From Bugula neritina (Eukaryota; Animalia; Bryozoa), in the NCBI GenBank assembly GCA_964035545.1, contig OZ037766.1, forward strand, positions 30,370,773-30,434,772: DNA of 64,000 nucleotides, in the 5' to 3' direction. The notes below the pieces were generated by a model that saw nothing but the letters and a program-made list of their open reading frames with translations, ran no database searches and was not told the DNA's origin. This document shows, piece after piece, positions 49,301 to 63,423 of this stretch. Each line of letters opens with the position of its first letter. Within the stretch, counting starts at the first letter, position 1. The position numbers and the translations under genes are program-made.

Positions 49301-49698
49301 GTAAATGATGGTTTCTATATAATATTATTATATTGCTTTATGGAAATAATGGTAGCCAATTACCCTGTGATATAGCAGTTGCTATAGTAATCATATTGGA
49401 ATTGTAGCTACAATCCTAACCTTGCAGTAGTATGGTACTCATAGCTTCCACTATGTTAGTTGTGCTGTATAGTTGCTCTATTATATGTTGCAGTGGGGGC
49501 CGTCTCCATATCACCCCTCGAAGACACGACAGGGTTCCATTAGACTATCCACTAGACTCCATCTTTGTCTCCGGTATAGCTACTCTGAATGCTGGTGATA
49601 TCTTGGCTATGAAGATATTTCGGTCCCATACGCATATTTCATATGACAGTGATCAGAGCTTTTTTGGATTCTACCAACTTCATAAATTAGAAGAATAA
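43334..49698 (+). CDS. TNF-superfamily ligand, type II transmembrane with furin site
   Basis: Exons 43334-43519 (TM: AFVFCMILILSGFTVYSFY), 44238-44396 (RSKR), 44640-44709 (PSAAHF), possible 21-nt exon 45351-45371, 46117-46285 (IPEKGIYYVYGQI, TNF signature), 48103-48234, 49494-49698 (SIFVSGIATLNAGD...SFFGFYQL). Phases are all compatible. Confidence 0.9.
45136..45232. repeat. 3 x ~32-bp tandem repeat
   Basis: TTACATGCCAACGTGACACTGT(G/A)ACAC repeated three times in TNF intron 3. Confidence 0.9.
48703..48912 (+). mobile_element. tRNA-derived SINE copy in the last TNF intron
   Basis: Colinear with 17175-17381; flanked by imperfect TTTTAAA(A)TGC repeats. Confidence 0.85.
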
Positions 49699-52600
49699 TA
49701 AAGCAGAACATTTAGTTTAATTGGAAACAAAACCTTCTTTTTAAAGAATTTTTGTACTATTATAGGAACTATTCATTTTACAGTATTTTTTTAATTTTTT
49801 CTTTATTAGTTACTGTGATAGGCTAGAGTTGTGGTGTTGATGAAATTGGTGTGGTAGAGCGCTTCCCTATATTATATAATAGCTATTTGGTAGCATAATA
49901 TCAAATTTGAATCTTTATTTTTTAATACTCTTGTATTTAATTACATATATAATTTATCATTACAATTCAGTTGCATACATACTATTAAAATACTATATCA
50001 TATTCAAATTGATGTCAGGTCTCTGTTTCACAATTAGAAATAAAATTGTTGTAATATATTTTCTTGATTTAGTTTTTAGGAAATAAAAATCTATCAAGCT
50101 AGTATAAAGAATATGAAATTAAACAATTGTGTTTTAACTTTACTATAACAACTTTAATATAATGCAAAATTATTTCAGGATTTTTGTCAAATTACTCTTA
50201 TGTGTTGAAAATAGTAAATTATATTCATAGTTATATTTAAATAGCTAAATCTAATATTTTTAATAATAAATAGCAATTTATCAAAAATTTTTAAATTAAT
50301 GGCATTGTTAAAGCTTATAATATTAAATTTATGAAAATAAAGTTTACATATTATAACTGCAACTGGTTTTCTTGCATGTCAATAAAAATGTTAAAGCAAA
50401 CTTTCAATAATTGCATTTTTTTTCTGTATAGCTTCAAGCTTTTTAAAGTTTCAAAAACCAACATTAAATTTATGGCGCAAAATAAAAGTTCAGATTTACA
50501 TGCATTGATTGATTATAGCTGATAATCATTTGTTTTAATTTGTATTGCTTGTATGCATTTATAACTGCTTCAGTTTCTCTAAAGATGGTTTAATTTTTCA
50601 ATAATTAGGTGAGTTACTAATGAAAGCTATTTCTGTTTGATTGTCTTGCAAAATCCAGGACATATGATTCATCTTATTTTGTAAAAGTTATAAAGTTCAT
50701 AGAATAATGTCAGCTAGTCTAAATTTGTGTAAAAAATCTACGCATATCAATAAGATTATCTTACTGCTTCTACAATCTAAAACATACAGTTCCTCCAGCT
50801 CAGTTATACACCACAGTGCCGCTGAGTTGAGGAATCATTTTCAGTGCAAATCTCTGTTTTCTTTTGCTTCATCATTTACAATCATAGCTATGAAAATGAA
50901 AAAAACTATTTGGCATAGTTGCATGCTCTTACATGAAAGCAATTTAGGTGAACATAATATTTTAGCTCTGTACATTTAAAACAAGATAAGTTTGTATATT
51001 GAATTAAACAGCTTATTGTAATAAATTCATGATAATTTGTTTGCAATTGCATATTAAAAGTGATAGTACACCTTCATTCTGTTACATTTTAATGCAGTAC
51101 TAGCAAAAATAAAAACAAGTCATTTAACTATTTTTCAGTAATTTTGTTTCAGTGTTCAAATTTAAAAAGATTTTTAGCTTGTATACAGTCAAACCCAGTT
51201 TGAGCTGAGAAAATGAGCTGCCTCAGATAGACTGAGCTTACAGACTATTACATAAAAAGCTGCTGATTATGCATTAGGTGACATTACAAAGGGGCAGAGT
51301 ATTCTAAATCACATTCTAGAGAGGTTTGAATGGCTGCTTTCATAAATATAGCTATCAGACTTAAATGTTTTTATTTCATGGCTAATATATAGTTAATATC
51401 ACTACAGTTAAGTACACTATACAAAAGTAATAATATATTTTGTATTGTGTATATTGTTTGTATTGCTATCATATTTATGAGAAACAACAGTTGATTTACA
51501 CACCTTCTTTTATAGCAGCTTTGTTCACCTGTAAAATGAAAATTTTTATTGGCTTCTATTAAAACCAAAAAATTGTTTTTCAGACAAATTTGTGATAATA
51601 ATAGCATTTGTAACAAAACTATATTACCACTTATAAGTCTAGATACAAAAATGAAGAAACATTGTTCCTGAGTTGTGAAATAAGCACTTAGTCACACTCA
51701 GCATGACCTCTGATTTGTATTATTTCTATGACCTAGGTCACGAGGTGCATAAGTAAAATAGGTTTTTTTATCTGTTGAGCAATAACTCATGAGAAATTTA
51801 TCAATTTCTAACTAGTAAACAGTTAGCCATTTTGATCAATCATTCAACAGCTTCATAATATTTACTTGCAATCACATTATCTTCAACTTGCAAAATATCT
51901 AAGCAATGAACTGCTATTTTCTTTTGTTATGTAGAACTGTTTTTTAATACTGCTTATGTAATGTTATTTTTCTAATAGCTAAGAATATTAATGCTTTGCT
52001 GCAATTGTTACTCAATTGATTACCGATCATTGTTTATTGACGATTAATCATATAAAATTAGAAAGCTCTGAATATTCTCATAAAGTTTCATCAATTAGTC
52101 TGAGATTTGATTGCGACAGCTGAACACTGGGCATGTTCAATGAGACCGAGACTTAACGACTTGAAAGTGATATAAATTATTCTTAGAACAGAAATATCAT
52201 CAATTGCAACTTTTTATTTTAGTTGCGCTGGTAGACTTCATAATATTTTCCTACTTAGTATACATAAGTATGGCACTTTGTTTGACAAATTTTGCTGCTA
52301 AAATATACATGTAGCACCAGTAAAATTTGAATATAAAAATACAAATTAATTTGAAATGAAGAAAGGTAATTTACTAAGTAACTTGTTTGCTACGCTATGG
52401 CAAGTCTTGTAATTATATGCAAAATTTTACAGTAAGGTAAATTGTATAAAGGAACTGAAAGGCAAGATAAGATAGCTTCTAGTCAAATGTATTGGTTTTG
52501 AAACAATTGCTCAAAAGCAGACCAATTTTTAGGCTACTAGATGCATTTGCTAAACTTATGTTACATAGCAAAATGTGTTATCTTCATTTCTATAATATGT

Positions 52601-53851
52601 TACAGCAAATACCTTATAAGATTGTAGATAATATTTCACATACATTTTATTAATGTTGGGAGTTGTGCACTTCAAACAAATTTACGGTTTTAACAACAGA
52701 AACTCAATATTAGGATTTTCGTAGATTAAACGTGTTAAAAGTTATAATTTAGTTATACTTCTGGTGATTTGAAATGAATGCATCACAACTATAAAATTCA
52801 GCTCTATTGTTATCTGGAGAGTTATCTTAACCTGGTTTTTACAGAACAATAAAGAAATGAAATTGTTGGCAAAGGTTACACAATTTTACGAGTTTCTGTA
52901 TATTTAATTGGTTAAAATTTGTGGCCTTGACTAATTAAGTGATAGTTGCCATTCACATCTTGTAGTATTAGTTATAGCATTGCTATTAGTTAATGTTCCA
53001 CAGGCATATCACTATCAGTAAAGAGAGAGGCTTCTTTATTATTTTCGTTTTGGTCTGCATTGGCTGTGGGTGTGACTTTTTGCTAATTAAATAGTTAGTG
53101 ATATAAGTTGCTGATTTAATTGTTTCTAAACTTTTTTTCAAAGTATATTAATATTGAACCCTGGCTCTCCGAGGTATTCTAAACTCAAACAGTGAAACTG
53201 TGAGTAAACAACCTCTAATACTAATACTAATAGTAATAGTAATATTTATTTAATATTATTAAAAATTTTAATTTTTATAGCAATATTGTCATAATGATGA
53301 CGTTAATCATATTTAATAATCATTGTGATTATAGTACTAGTAGTGGTTTATATAATCAATAATTATCAATATTATTCATTCAATGTAAGTTATCGTGATA
53401 GTATTTTTATTCACTTTCAGTGTACTTGATTATGATGGTTGATTGCCATATTCTTTAACTCTCCTAGTCCTATTTACTTGTAGCATTCTGACTTAGTCCT
53501 ATCATAATCACATTCACTGGCTAGTATTTGTGAAATATATTTTCAATTTGTCTTGGTAAATATGCGGCTATTACAAATGATGCCATTTGTAAAAATCACC
53601 AGGTATGATGTATAACTATAAGTAAGTCACAATGAGTGATTATCTCTATATCAAATTTAATACAGATTATTGCAAACTACACTATTTTAGATAGTATTAA
53701 ATTTGATAAATTGAAGTCGTTGGATTCTGTTTTAAAGTGAATTTTTAAATTTGCTCTAGCCCTACTTGGTTATACTTATAATCAAAGTGTAATAAAACGT
53801 TTTTATACAGCGTAGCCATTTAGTGTTTGGAATGAGTGAGTGAGACTTGAC

Positions 53852-56800
53852 ATGGCCGTTAAGTTATCAAAATACAAAGCTCCTGTTTGGGCTCAGTCAT
53901 TGAAAAGAATTCCAGAGTTTAAAATACAGGTATTTATTATTATCTTTACACAGCATTTCTGTCTTTGTACAGCTATGACAATATTTAGACTGCTAATTGT
54001 AACACATGCACTGCTCAATACTGTCACATTTTCGTTCACGTTTTTAGTAAATCTAAGAAACAACAGCAGTAATTTTTGTCTAGATATATATTGTTATGAT
54101 TTCCAGAATTAGGGTCGATGTGCAACCAAGAGAGTCTATTTATTACTAGAGAAACTTCACCGTGATAAGTCGAGTAGATATCGTTATATTTCAATACAAG
54201 AATACATAATAAAACTAGTATACAACAGTTAATAATACGCACGTCTACTTAATTTACAGCACTATCCTCAACTGAGCTAGTAGCGCGAAGCTGCTACTAT
54301 TACTCATAAGCAGCCTAGCTAATTGGCTAATACATTGTTCCGGGTCAATACGCAACCTTGCGTATTGTGTTGCTGGTAGCTCCACGAGCCACCACAATAT
54401 ATCCTCCCACTCTGACTAATGATTATTGAACTATTTGTTTTTGTTTAGCTAGCTGCACCTGGTTTTACTCCAATAACAGAATGGAAGCTTCCAGATTCTC
54501 CACAAGGTTTTAAAGTGCTCCTTAAACGTGATGATTTTACAGGAAGTATACTTAGTGGTAACAAGGTTTGTTTATTTGAGGAGTTGTTATTTTGGCATAA
54601 CAGCTTTTACCAAAGAGTTAATTAGTGTTTCTTTACTCTGGTGTGGGTCATTGATGTTTTAGTCCAAGTACTGTCTATGCTCTAACATCAAAGCAATTAT
54701 GATTGGATGCCCCTCCCCCGCAGCATTACCTATTACCCTACTGGTATTTGAGCTCATGACCCTACTAGTTTTAATAATTTTTTAAAAAAAATTAATAATT
54801 TAGTTGTTGCCCTGGTTAAATCAACTCGTTTTATTTTCAGCTAATAGCTGGCTAAAATGGGAGTTATTAAAGTTTCAACCAACAGTTTGCTCTGCAATGA
54901 GCAAATTTCATAATTTTTTAGTATTTTCTCCGCTGGTATCAGTTTTATAAACAAATCAATATTCAAAATTTCCAGGTTCGTAAGTTGGAGTTTATACTAG
55001 CTGAAGCTATAGCCAAAGGATGTAAGCACGTGATTAGTGTGGGGGCGCTGCAGAGTAACCACTGTAGAGCTGTAGCAGCGAGCTGTGCAGAACTTGGGCT
55101 ACAAAGTCATCTGTTTCTTAGAACCCCAGCTAAGGTTAGTATTTATCATTATTATCCAAGTTAGCAAGTAATATGAAGTACTCAGATGTTTTTGAATAAT
55201 TCATTTCAACACAGAAATTGTGGAAAAGTACCAGAAATTATAAGATGTTTTATTGAATTATTAAAAGTATTTGCTGAACTTTTTTAATCCCCAATTTAAG
55301 TTAGATTTTCAAACTGAAAGTACGTAGCTAATGATCTAATGAATATGAAATAACTTTATTACATGGTCTAAGATGCAGCAGAATATTTACACCTGAAAGC
55401 TTGTTTCATTGCTTTCCAGGATGATTCTCAACTCAAGTATGATGGCAACTTCTTTCTCAACCGACTGTTGGGATCACATTTGTATATGCTCCCAATGGGG
55501 GTTCAATATAAGGCTTATGTTGAGCCTAGAATGAAAGCACTCGCTGAAAACATTGAGTATGTATGTAACCTATTTTAAGAGTTGTCCACTCTGAAAATTA
55601 CAACCTTAAGGGTTGATAACTCTAAAGTCCAAATACTCAAAAGCTTTGAAAGCTGCCCTATAAATGGCAGTTTTACTTGTTAAAATGTCAGCCTATATAA
55701 TATACACAAAGTTTATAAGAGGAAATGTGTTTATAATCAATAAATTTCTCAGCCTTATCTTAGTGTCCATGTTTACTGTGACTGTAGAAAGGAAACAGGA
55801 GAGTCGTCCCATCTTGTCTGTGTTGGCGGTTCAGACAACACAGGGATTTGGGGCTATATCCAGTGCTTTGCAGAACTTAGGAAACAGGTAATTTCTGCAT
55901 TACCTTGATTTTCCTATAAGATTTGTCATGCATATTCTAGTGTTTAGTAAGTTGAATGCACACATATTTTCAGTTAAATATGCTCTGTCTATTTTCAGGC
56001 TGTAGAGTTTGATGACATTGTTTGTGTGTGTGGCAGTGGGGGGACAGTTAGTGGTCTAGCTATAGCCAACTACCTGTGTGGAATGCCCTACAGGTAGGCT
56101 CTATGTTGCCAATCTGACTATTATAAATTCACAGTGGTCTTACATTCAGAAGCTGAAGTTTTAAGTTTAAATATTTTTAGACATAAATTTATTAGATTTA
56201 CTGCTTATCAGCAAAAGATATGCTAAAATTATAATAATGCCTCCGTCTTACAGCTCTGTCTAGCAACTTGTTGGGAGTTATCATCACTTTTACCGGTTTA
56301 CATTGTAATTTATTAGCTGATATTTTATGGAGAGTCTGCAACGACTATCTATGATGCTTAAACATTAAATTCTCCAATGCTAACACATTGTTCAGTATTT
56401 ATTCTATTTTACTAACTGTAGATGTCACGGTATTCTAGTGTGTGACTCAAACCAGTATTTCCATGAAGAGATCAATGGTAATTTAGAAGCTCTTGGTATA
56501 ACAGACGTACGCAGTGAGGACATAGTCCACCTGTACGATGCGTATAAGGAACCTGGATACGGACGTAACCTCCCCTGCCATTTTGGTATGTTGTTTCACT
56601 TGAACTAAAATATTTCATAATAATGTCTATAATGACTTATACTTTACATATGATAGTTGAATATTGATTATTGACCCCGTATTGTTAGCCGTAGCTATCT
56701 AGTAAATCTCTTAATGATTTTCTGTTGATTCAAATAATTTATTTTGGAAGTTTTTTCCAGGTATATGAACAACTCTTTATATTGTTACAGTTTATTCTGC

Positions 56801-57613
56801 AAAATAATTGTGATAAATATTGTTGCTTATTACTGAAATTTCAGTACGTTATCTTTACAAGTGAATACGTCATACTTAATGTTTTGTAATTTCAATTTGA
56901 AGAATTCATAAGCCAGTCAGCCACACAAACTGGAGTTATGTTAGACAACACGTACACGGGTAAAGCTGCTTACGGACTGAGGGATTTGATGCAGAATAAA
57001 CCCGGAGTATTCAAGGGAAGACGAATTCTGTTCATACACTCAGGTTGGTTATTTATCTTCATTTTCTTACATTTGACTCATTTAATTATTAAATCAACTT
57101 ATCGGTATGGATTTTTCTTCTAATCAACTCATTTCAATCTTATACATGTTAACATATATGCATTACTTAATATTCTTGCATTATCTTACTCTGAAAGTTC
57201 AAAATGACATGTTAGATTATTTACAACAAATGATAATAGAACTTAGTAGTACCTATCTGTATCATCAATAGTCTCCTTGGAGCTGTCTGTTTTTTCTACC
57301 TGGTATAAGTTTTAATCTGCTCAAATGCGACATTTTCCATGGATTAATTAGCCTACAGTCATACTAAGACCGGCTAGGCTAAAAAACTCAGTTTGTATTT
57401 TATGTTCACAACTTTTCATTATTAAAAAGATGTTAATTTATAGATAGGTTTTTATATTTGATCTTGTGAGTTTTTAGTTTGCTGTCTCAAGTGATAAATT
57501 TTTATTGTTATTTACTTTTCATAGGAGGCCAGTTTTCTTTACTAACAGAGGAGATGGCCAGTCATTTGCTTCCTTTTTCTACAAAGAGTAAAGTCACATT
57601 CCTTTCAAAATGA
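53852..57613 (+). CDS. D-cysteine desulfhydrase / ACC deaminase family PLP enzyme, paralog 1 (9 exons)
   Basis: KRDDFTGSILSGNK|VRKLEF (PLP lysine), GALQSNHCRA, CGSGGT, PGYG, LDNTYTGKA, FIHSGG. Exons start at 53852, 54449, 54976, 55420, 55788, 55999, 56422, 56903 and 57525; stop at 57611-57613. Confidence 0.93.
54092..54396 (-). mobile_element. solo LTR with 4-bp TSD (ATAT) in intron 1 of paralog 1
   Basis: Minus strand TGTGGTGG...CATAACA (same start as the LTRs at 164 and 11949), AATAAA ~45 nt from the end, ATAT at 54088-54091 and 54397-54400. Confidence 0.7.
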
Positions 57614-58734
57614 TATTATTTGTTGGCACTGGGCCAATACTGTAAAAGTTTATTTTTTTACTTATATAGCAACTGATTTTATTATCTCTAATTTATAAAG
57701 GTTTTAGCATGATATTCTGTTCATTATACACTATCGCCAGTTCTTTGGTCACACTAATGTCTAAGTATCTGTTAAAAAACCATTTTTTACAATCAGATAC
57801 ATTAAAATTGGTGCAATATAAGAAAGTAATTGTTTATAACATTAAGTGTTGGTTATTAATGTATTACCATTCACTCCTATTGACCACGGAACAAGGTGTC
57901 CTTTGTAGTATAATCTACAACAACTTTGAGAATTCTCCATTATTTGAAAAGGTACGTGTATATATAATAAATATTTGTGGTTACTTGATTTAGATTCCAT
58001 TACATGACTGACTTCAGTTTCATTCTATAAGTGCTAGCTACTAACATCCCTAAATGGCTGTCCTATCCCTAAATGGCCGAACAGTCTTAGATTATAACTC
58101 ATTCATGTTATGAGAGTACCTTCACCATCAAACAAGTGTCTTGAGTACATATATGGAGCACTTTTCACGGTGCTGTAGAAACTGGGTTCAGCCATGAAAT
58201 CATATAAATATTAGTTAACTTGTGAAGAATCTAAAACCGGCAAAAGAAATGTTTTATTGGTACTTCAAAAGAATTTATTACTGTTACGCTGCAGTTGTAG
58301 TGAAACATTTGAACTCTCACATAACAGATAAATATGCAAGGAGATACTGACAGATATGCAGGGTAGAGTAATAGACCAAAATTATGGATAATCATTAAAA
58401 AGTAGTTCAGAGTTATCCTATCTGTATATAAATCAACAACCGTGATATTCCCAAAGATAACACCCGAAGCTGTAAAGTAACATTGCCATGTACAAAATGT
58501 TTTATGTTAAAAATTTCTTTCAAGAAAGCTATATTACAAATTATAAAAAGAGACGGCCGTTAGAGCTAAAGCAAGCATTGATTGGCAGGAAATGAAGTCA
58601 TTCTTATGGTGAAAATCTTGTCTATTGATGTAAGCCGTTTTCAACACACTGTCACATACAACTCTTTCTTGCACACCAATAAAAGCAGCTGCATAAAATG
58701 TTTCAGATCCAAATGTTTAGGTCACATCATAAAC

Positions 58735-61700
58735 TTATGACACAAAGGTAACTTTGCTCTTTGTAGAGTGAGGTAATATAGAATTCACCATAATCTCTGT
58801 TTGTATAGAAGGAAGTCCACCTATAACAGTATAATCATGTTAATGTAACACAATACTAAACAATAATACAACGTGTTCTATATTTAGTGACAACTACAGA
58901 CAGAAGTTTAATATCACAGCACAAAATGGCAAATCAAACCCAATTAGTGCAGCAAATAATAAATTAGTTGTATAACATCATAGTTGTATAGTATTACAGC
59001 TGTATGGCATTAAAGTTGTATAATAATTTTCTCAATAATTTCATATATTTTTTACCAGAATGTATAAACAGGATTCGTTTTCCCTTGAAAACTTCAGGTT
59101 TATTCTGCATCAAATCCCTGAGTCCGTACACAGCTTTACCCGTGTAAGAATTGTCCAGTATGACTCCAGTCTCAGTAGCTGACTTACTTATCAGCTCTAA
59201 ATGAACATAAAACACATGCCTTCATATTCTGAACATAAAATTATATCATTTAAATGTAACTCTTCCCTATAAAGGAAACAGGTCATACTAAAAATATCTT
59301 TCATTTAATCAACTTTTTATGATACCATAATTTTTATCCCTCGTAATATTTTTTACGGATAGAAATATCATTTTTGTTGATACTAATATTCTATTAATAG
59401 CAACATTTTGACAGATTTTAGTTACTGCAGAAGGAAACTTAATTTGTAAGTCAGTATTCCCCCCCAGTGGTTTTGGCAAAGAGGAGGCAACTCTGAAACT
59501 GTACACTAATACTACAGTCTAACTATATTTAAACAGGTGTTTAGCGTCAGATCACAGTCTATTATAAACTTAGACAATAATCATTTCTGATACATGCTAT
59601 GAACTTCCCTTTCACACAAAAGAGTAAAATATTATTCTGACGTAGACCTAGGTTCCCATTGCTTAGACTATAGTTCTGACTAGACATTGCAGGACTAGGG
59701 TGGGAGGGTGGGGAGGGGGCACTGATAGCATTTCACTCTATAGACTGAGATCCTACATACCAAAATGTTCTGGCAAGTTCTTGCCATATCCTGGCCCAAT
59801 GTAGTCGTAGAGAGTTGTGATATCTTCAGCTCGGATATCCGTCAACCCAACGCCGTCCAGATGATCATTGATCTCTTTATAGAAGTACTCGTTTGAGTCG
59901 CCCACCACTATGCTGTGACACCTGCAATCAGCATTGGGCTACAGTTTGCTAGTAGATCTTGAGTTGAACATCTAGTTCTTTTTTCTAAGACTTCAACTTA
60001 ATATGATTTGACAGTAAAAATCGTCAGTAGCTACATTAAACGCAGCGATAAGAACGGCAAAGCATACTTAACTAACAGGTGTATAGCTGCTCAATTTGCC
60101 CATTCCTAGTCGTGCAGCATTAGATTCAGTTAAACAAGGAAACTACTTTATTACAGTTGTGTGGGTCACCATTACTCCATTTGGCTGAGAATTGCCAGCA
60201 CTTAGAGTTCAGTCTATTTACTCACACAGGCAGTATTGAAGCACACAGCTAGGTTACCTGTCATGCTGTGACAGAACCTACCTGTAGGGCATTCCACACA
60301 GGTAGTTGGCTATAGCTAGGCCACTGATAGTTCCTCCACTGCCACATGCACACACAATGTCATCAAACTCTACACCCTGCCATTATAATATCATATACAT
60401 ATAGGTAATGAAATCACATTATAAATGTAATTACAATACATACAAATAGATAATGTAACTATAATACATTACACATATAAATATGTAATCACATTATAAA
60501 ATCATAGGTGAAACAACTGCATTATAGTGTACAAGTAATGTAATGTAAATTTTAAATATATAGCTAATGCAGTTTTACCAGCTGTATATTTCTTTTTAAA
60601 ATTCGAGTAAAGATAAACAGCCATGCATAACATCGTTTAATACTAGTATATAAAAACCTGCAAAGGTGATTCAAATGGCAACCAATAGATGGAAATTAAA
60701 ATAAAAACTATATATTTACAAATAAATTAGATTTAATAAAGCATGATGCAATAATGAATTCAGGTCAACCTGTTGTCTTATCTCTTCAAAACATCGAATA
60801 TAGCCCCACATTCCAACATCATCAGAACCCCCAAGGCACACTAGGCGGGACGTCTCACCGCTCTCCTTCCTATAAGCATAATTATTATAAGATTTTGACA
60901 CTGTGGTTTCATTGGCTAACTTTTGCTAAATTGTTAAACAAATGAGAATTAAACAGTTCAGCTGTAGGCCCTTTAATTTTTTGAATTAATTAGCTATAAC
61001 AATTCACAATCACTATGAATTAGTTAAAGAGGGTACAAAATGTAGGAAAAGGCAAAACATGTACGTTCAGAATTACCTTTCATGTAGAATGGTGTTTTAA
61101 AAATCAATAGTCAATACTTACTCAATACTATTTGCTAGTTCCTTCATCTTGACTTCGGTATAGTCCTTGTAGTCGACATCCATTGGGGTGAGGTACAGAT
61201 GCGCCCCCAACAGTCTATCGAGGAAGAAGTTACCATTATACTTAAGTTCTGAGGCTTCCTGTAAAATTCATTTCTTTACAAATAAAACACTCAACACATC
61301 ACTGTTAGGAAATGAATATACAAGACGGATTTCAGCTGTTTACTATGCTTATGATCATTCATTCAAAGGTACAAATAATACAAACCTTAGCTGGAGTTCT
61401 GAGAAACAAGTGACTCTGTAGCCCAAGTTCTGCACAGCTAGCTGCCACAGCTCTACAGTGGTTACTCTGTAACGCCCCCGCACTGATAACATGCTTACAT
61501 CCATTTGCCACGGCCTCAGCTAAAATAAACTCCAGCTTTCGTACCTGTCAGATGAAAACCCAAAGAAAGATATACAAAATTGCGCTCAAACCAAATAATA
61601 CAGTCCTAAGGAAAAATTCAAAGTCGCCTGTGATAGCCATAAACTTAATAACAAATTTTCAACATAATAAAATGAAATAATATTCAGAAAAATTACTTTG

Positions 61701-63423
61701 GACAAATTTACAATAGCACAAGAACAAAAACCAACCTTGTTACCACTGAGTATACTTCCTGTATAATCATCACGTTTTAGTAGCACTTTGAAATCTTCAG
61801 GAGCATCTGGAAGCTTCCATTCTGTTATTGGAGTGACACCAGGGGCAGCTAGCTAAACAGGAGAGAGACGATGTATTATAGCTCATACAACAGCATCTAA
61901 TATTACATACTGTTTAAGATGATTGTATTGCTTTACTATCTAGTCAATAACATTGTAACATTTGTCAATTATATACCAGTCAATCAAATGTGAATATAAA
62001 GGCTTTAGTATACATAAAATTAAATGTCAGGTATAAAAATATGCTGTTTATAAATACGGTGGAGTGACAGGTGGGCGATGAATTGCCAATTATTCTATTG
62101 AAACTGCCAGCTTTTTTATTATAAACAAACTTTGAGGTGATTAATTTGCAATCTGGCTATAATGTAAAATCTGGGAAATGCTTTACGCGTCCCTTAAAAC
62201 ATGCTACCTCAAACTGGTGCAAACATACACTGCCCTATATTGATATTAAACAGGATTACATTGACTAAAATCAGAAAGCAACCTGGAAGGTACTGAACAC
62301 TCATCTTTTACCCACAACCCAGAATACAAGAGGTATAACCCCAATATGAGAAACAAACGGGCAAAATACAGGTATATGCAGACATTTGAGTTGTTTTCAG
62401 TTGGTGTTTAATTAGATTTGTCATTACTTAGTAATACTTCACTTCTTAAAGAGAAGAAAACTCTAGTTTATAAAAAGCTAACTTAGCCTATACCTGTTCA
62501 GGTTGTCATGCTTATAGTCACAAAAAACATGCACCTTGTCCCAAAAAATGGGAGTTAACAAGTGGGCTATTTACTTTACTTCAATTGATATTGGGAACAT
62601 AGCTTGAGAGTTCTAAAGTGGTGCATATGGGATTTAACATAATGCCCTTCCTAATATGACTATCCTAGGCAAGAATGAGAACTAACCTAACTGCACTGTG
62701 TATTATGTAGCCTATACAGTTTCAAGGCTATCTGAATCTATAAACAACATGCAGCACTAATCTTATTCAATAAACTCTACTAGCTTTAACATAATGTTAC
62801 GGCATACTGAATTAATGTGACAGGTGACAGCTAGCAACACATGCTCTTAAAACCACAGTGAATAGTCACCTACAATGCTCAGGTGGTATTAATTAAAGTT
62901 TTTAACCCTGGAAACACATGCATCCAACTATGGATTTTGAGTTCTCGGTATAAACAAATGCAAATGAATGTCTAACAGCAGGTATTAATTCTAAAAAGTC
63001 TGCCCTGTGTTAAACTCCTTATTTAACTCGGTGCCATTAATTGAATTTAAGTTTTTTAAAGTGGAAATAGCCGACAAAAAACATAAAAATGTTCAGTAAA
63101 ATCTAGACATAAAGTTGAATTTATGGGATTCAAAAGTAAAACATAAATTGCAACAAAAACAAGCACAATTTTTCATGTAACCTTCTTCAAAGCAAAACAA
63201 ATATGTTTCAATTAAATTGACAATAAAAAAAGGAAAAAGTTTAAACAGAGCATTGACCTGGTTTAAGAGGTTTCAAATAATGAAAAGGAGTGTTCATTTT
63301 ATCACCACCTACAATAAAAATACATTGACACTCAAGATAAACCACCTGTATTCTATGCTTGGGAATGAGTTGGAGTGACTGGGCCCACTCTGGAGGTTGA
63401 TATTCTTTCAACCTAAGAGTCAT
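58735..63423 (-). CDS. D-cysteine desulfhydrase / ACC deaminase family PLP enzyme, paralog 2 (9 exons)
   Basis: MTLRLKEYQPPEWAQSL..., KRDDYTGSILSGNK|VRKLEF, GALQSNHCRA, CGSGGT, GPGYG, LDNSYTGKA, FIHSGG, ...STKSKVTFVS*. Same intron positions as paralog 1. Confidence 0.93.

Noticed and set aside
13446-49698. STAND gene plus TNF ligand as a linked immune system
   Set aside because: They are >20 kb apart, separated by SART3, with no shared regulatory evidence. Adjacency alone is uninformative in animal genomes.
49700-53800. Short ORFs in AT-rich intergenic DNA (also 40000-43200)
   Set aside because: Low-complexity F/I/L/K-rich translations without splice-consistent partners or motifs.
53852-63423. 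Recent bacterial HGT or ACC deaminase assignment
   Set aside because: Eight conserved spliceosomal introns and host-like composition; lacks the Glu/Leu pair diagnostic of ACC deaminase. Origin cannot be judged without a phylogeny.
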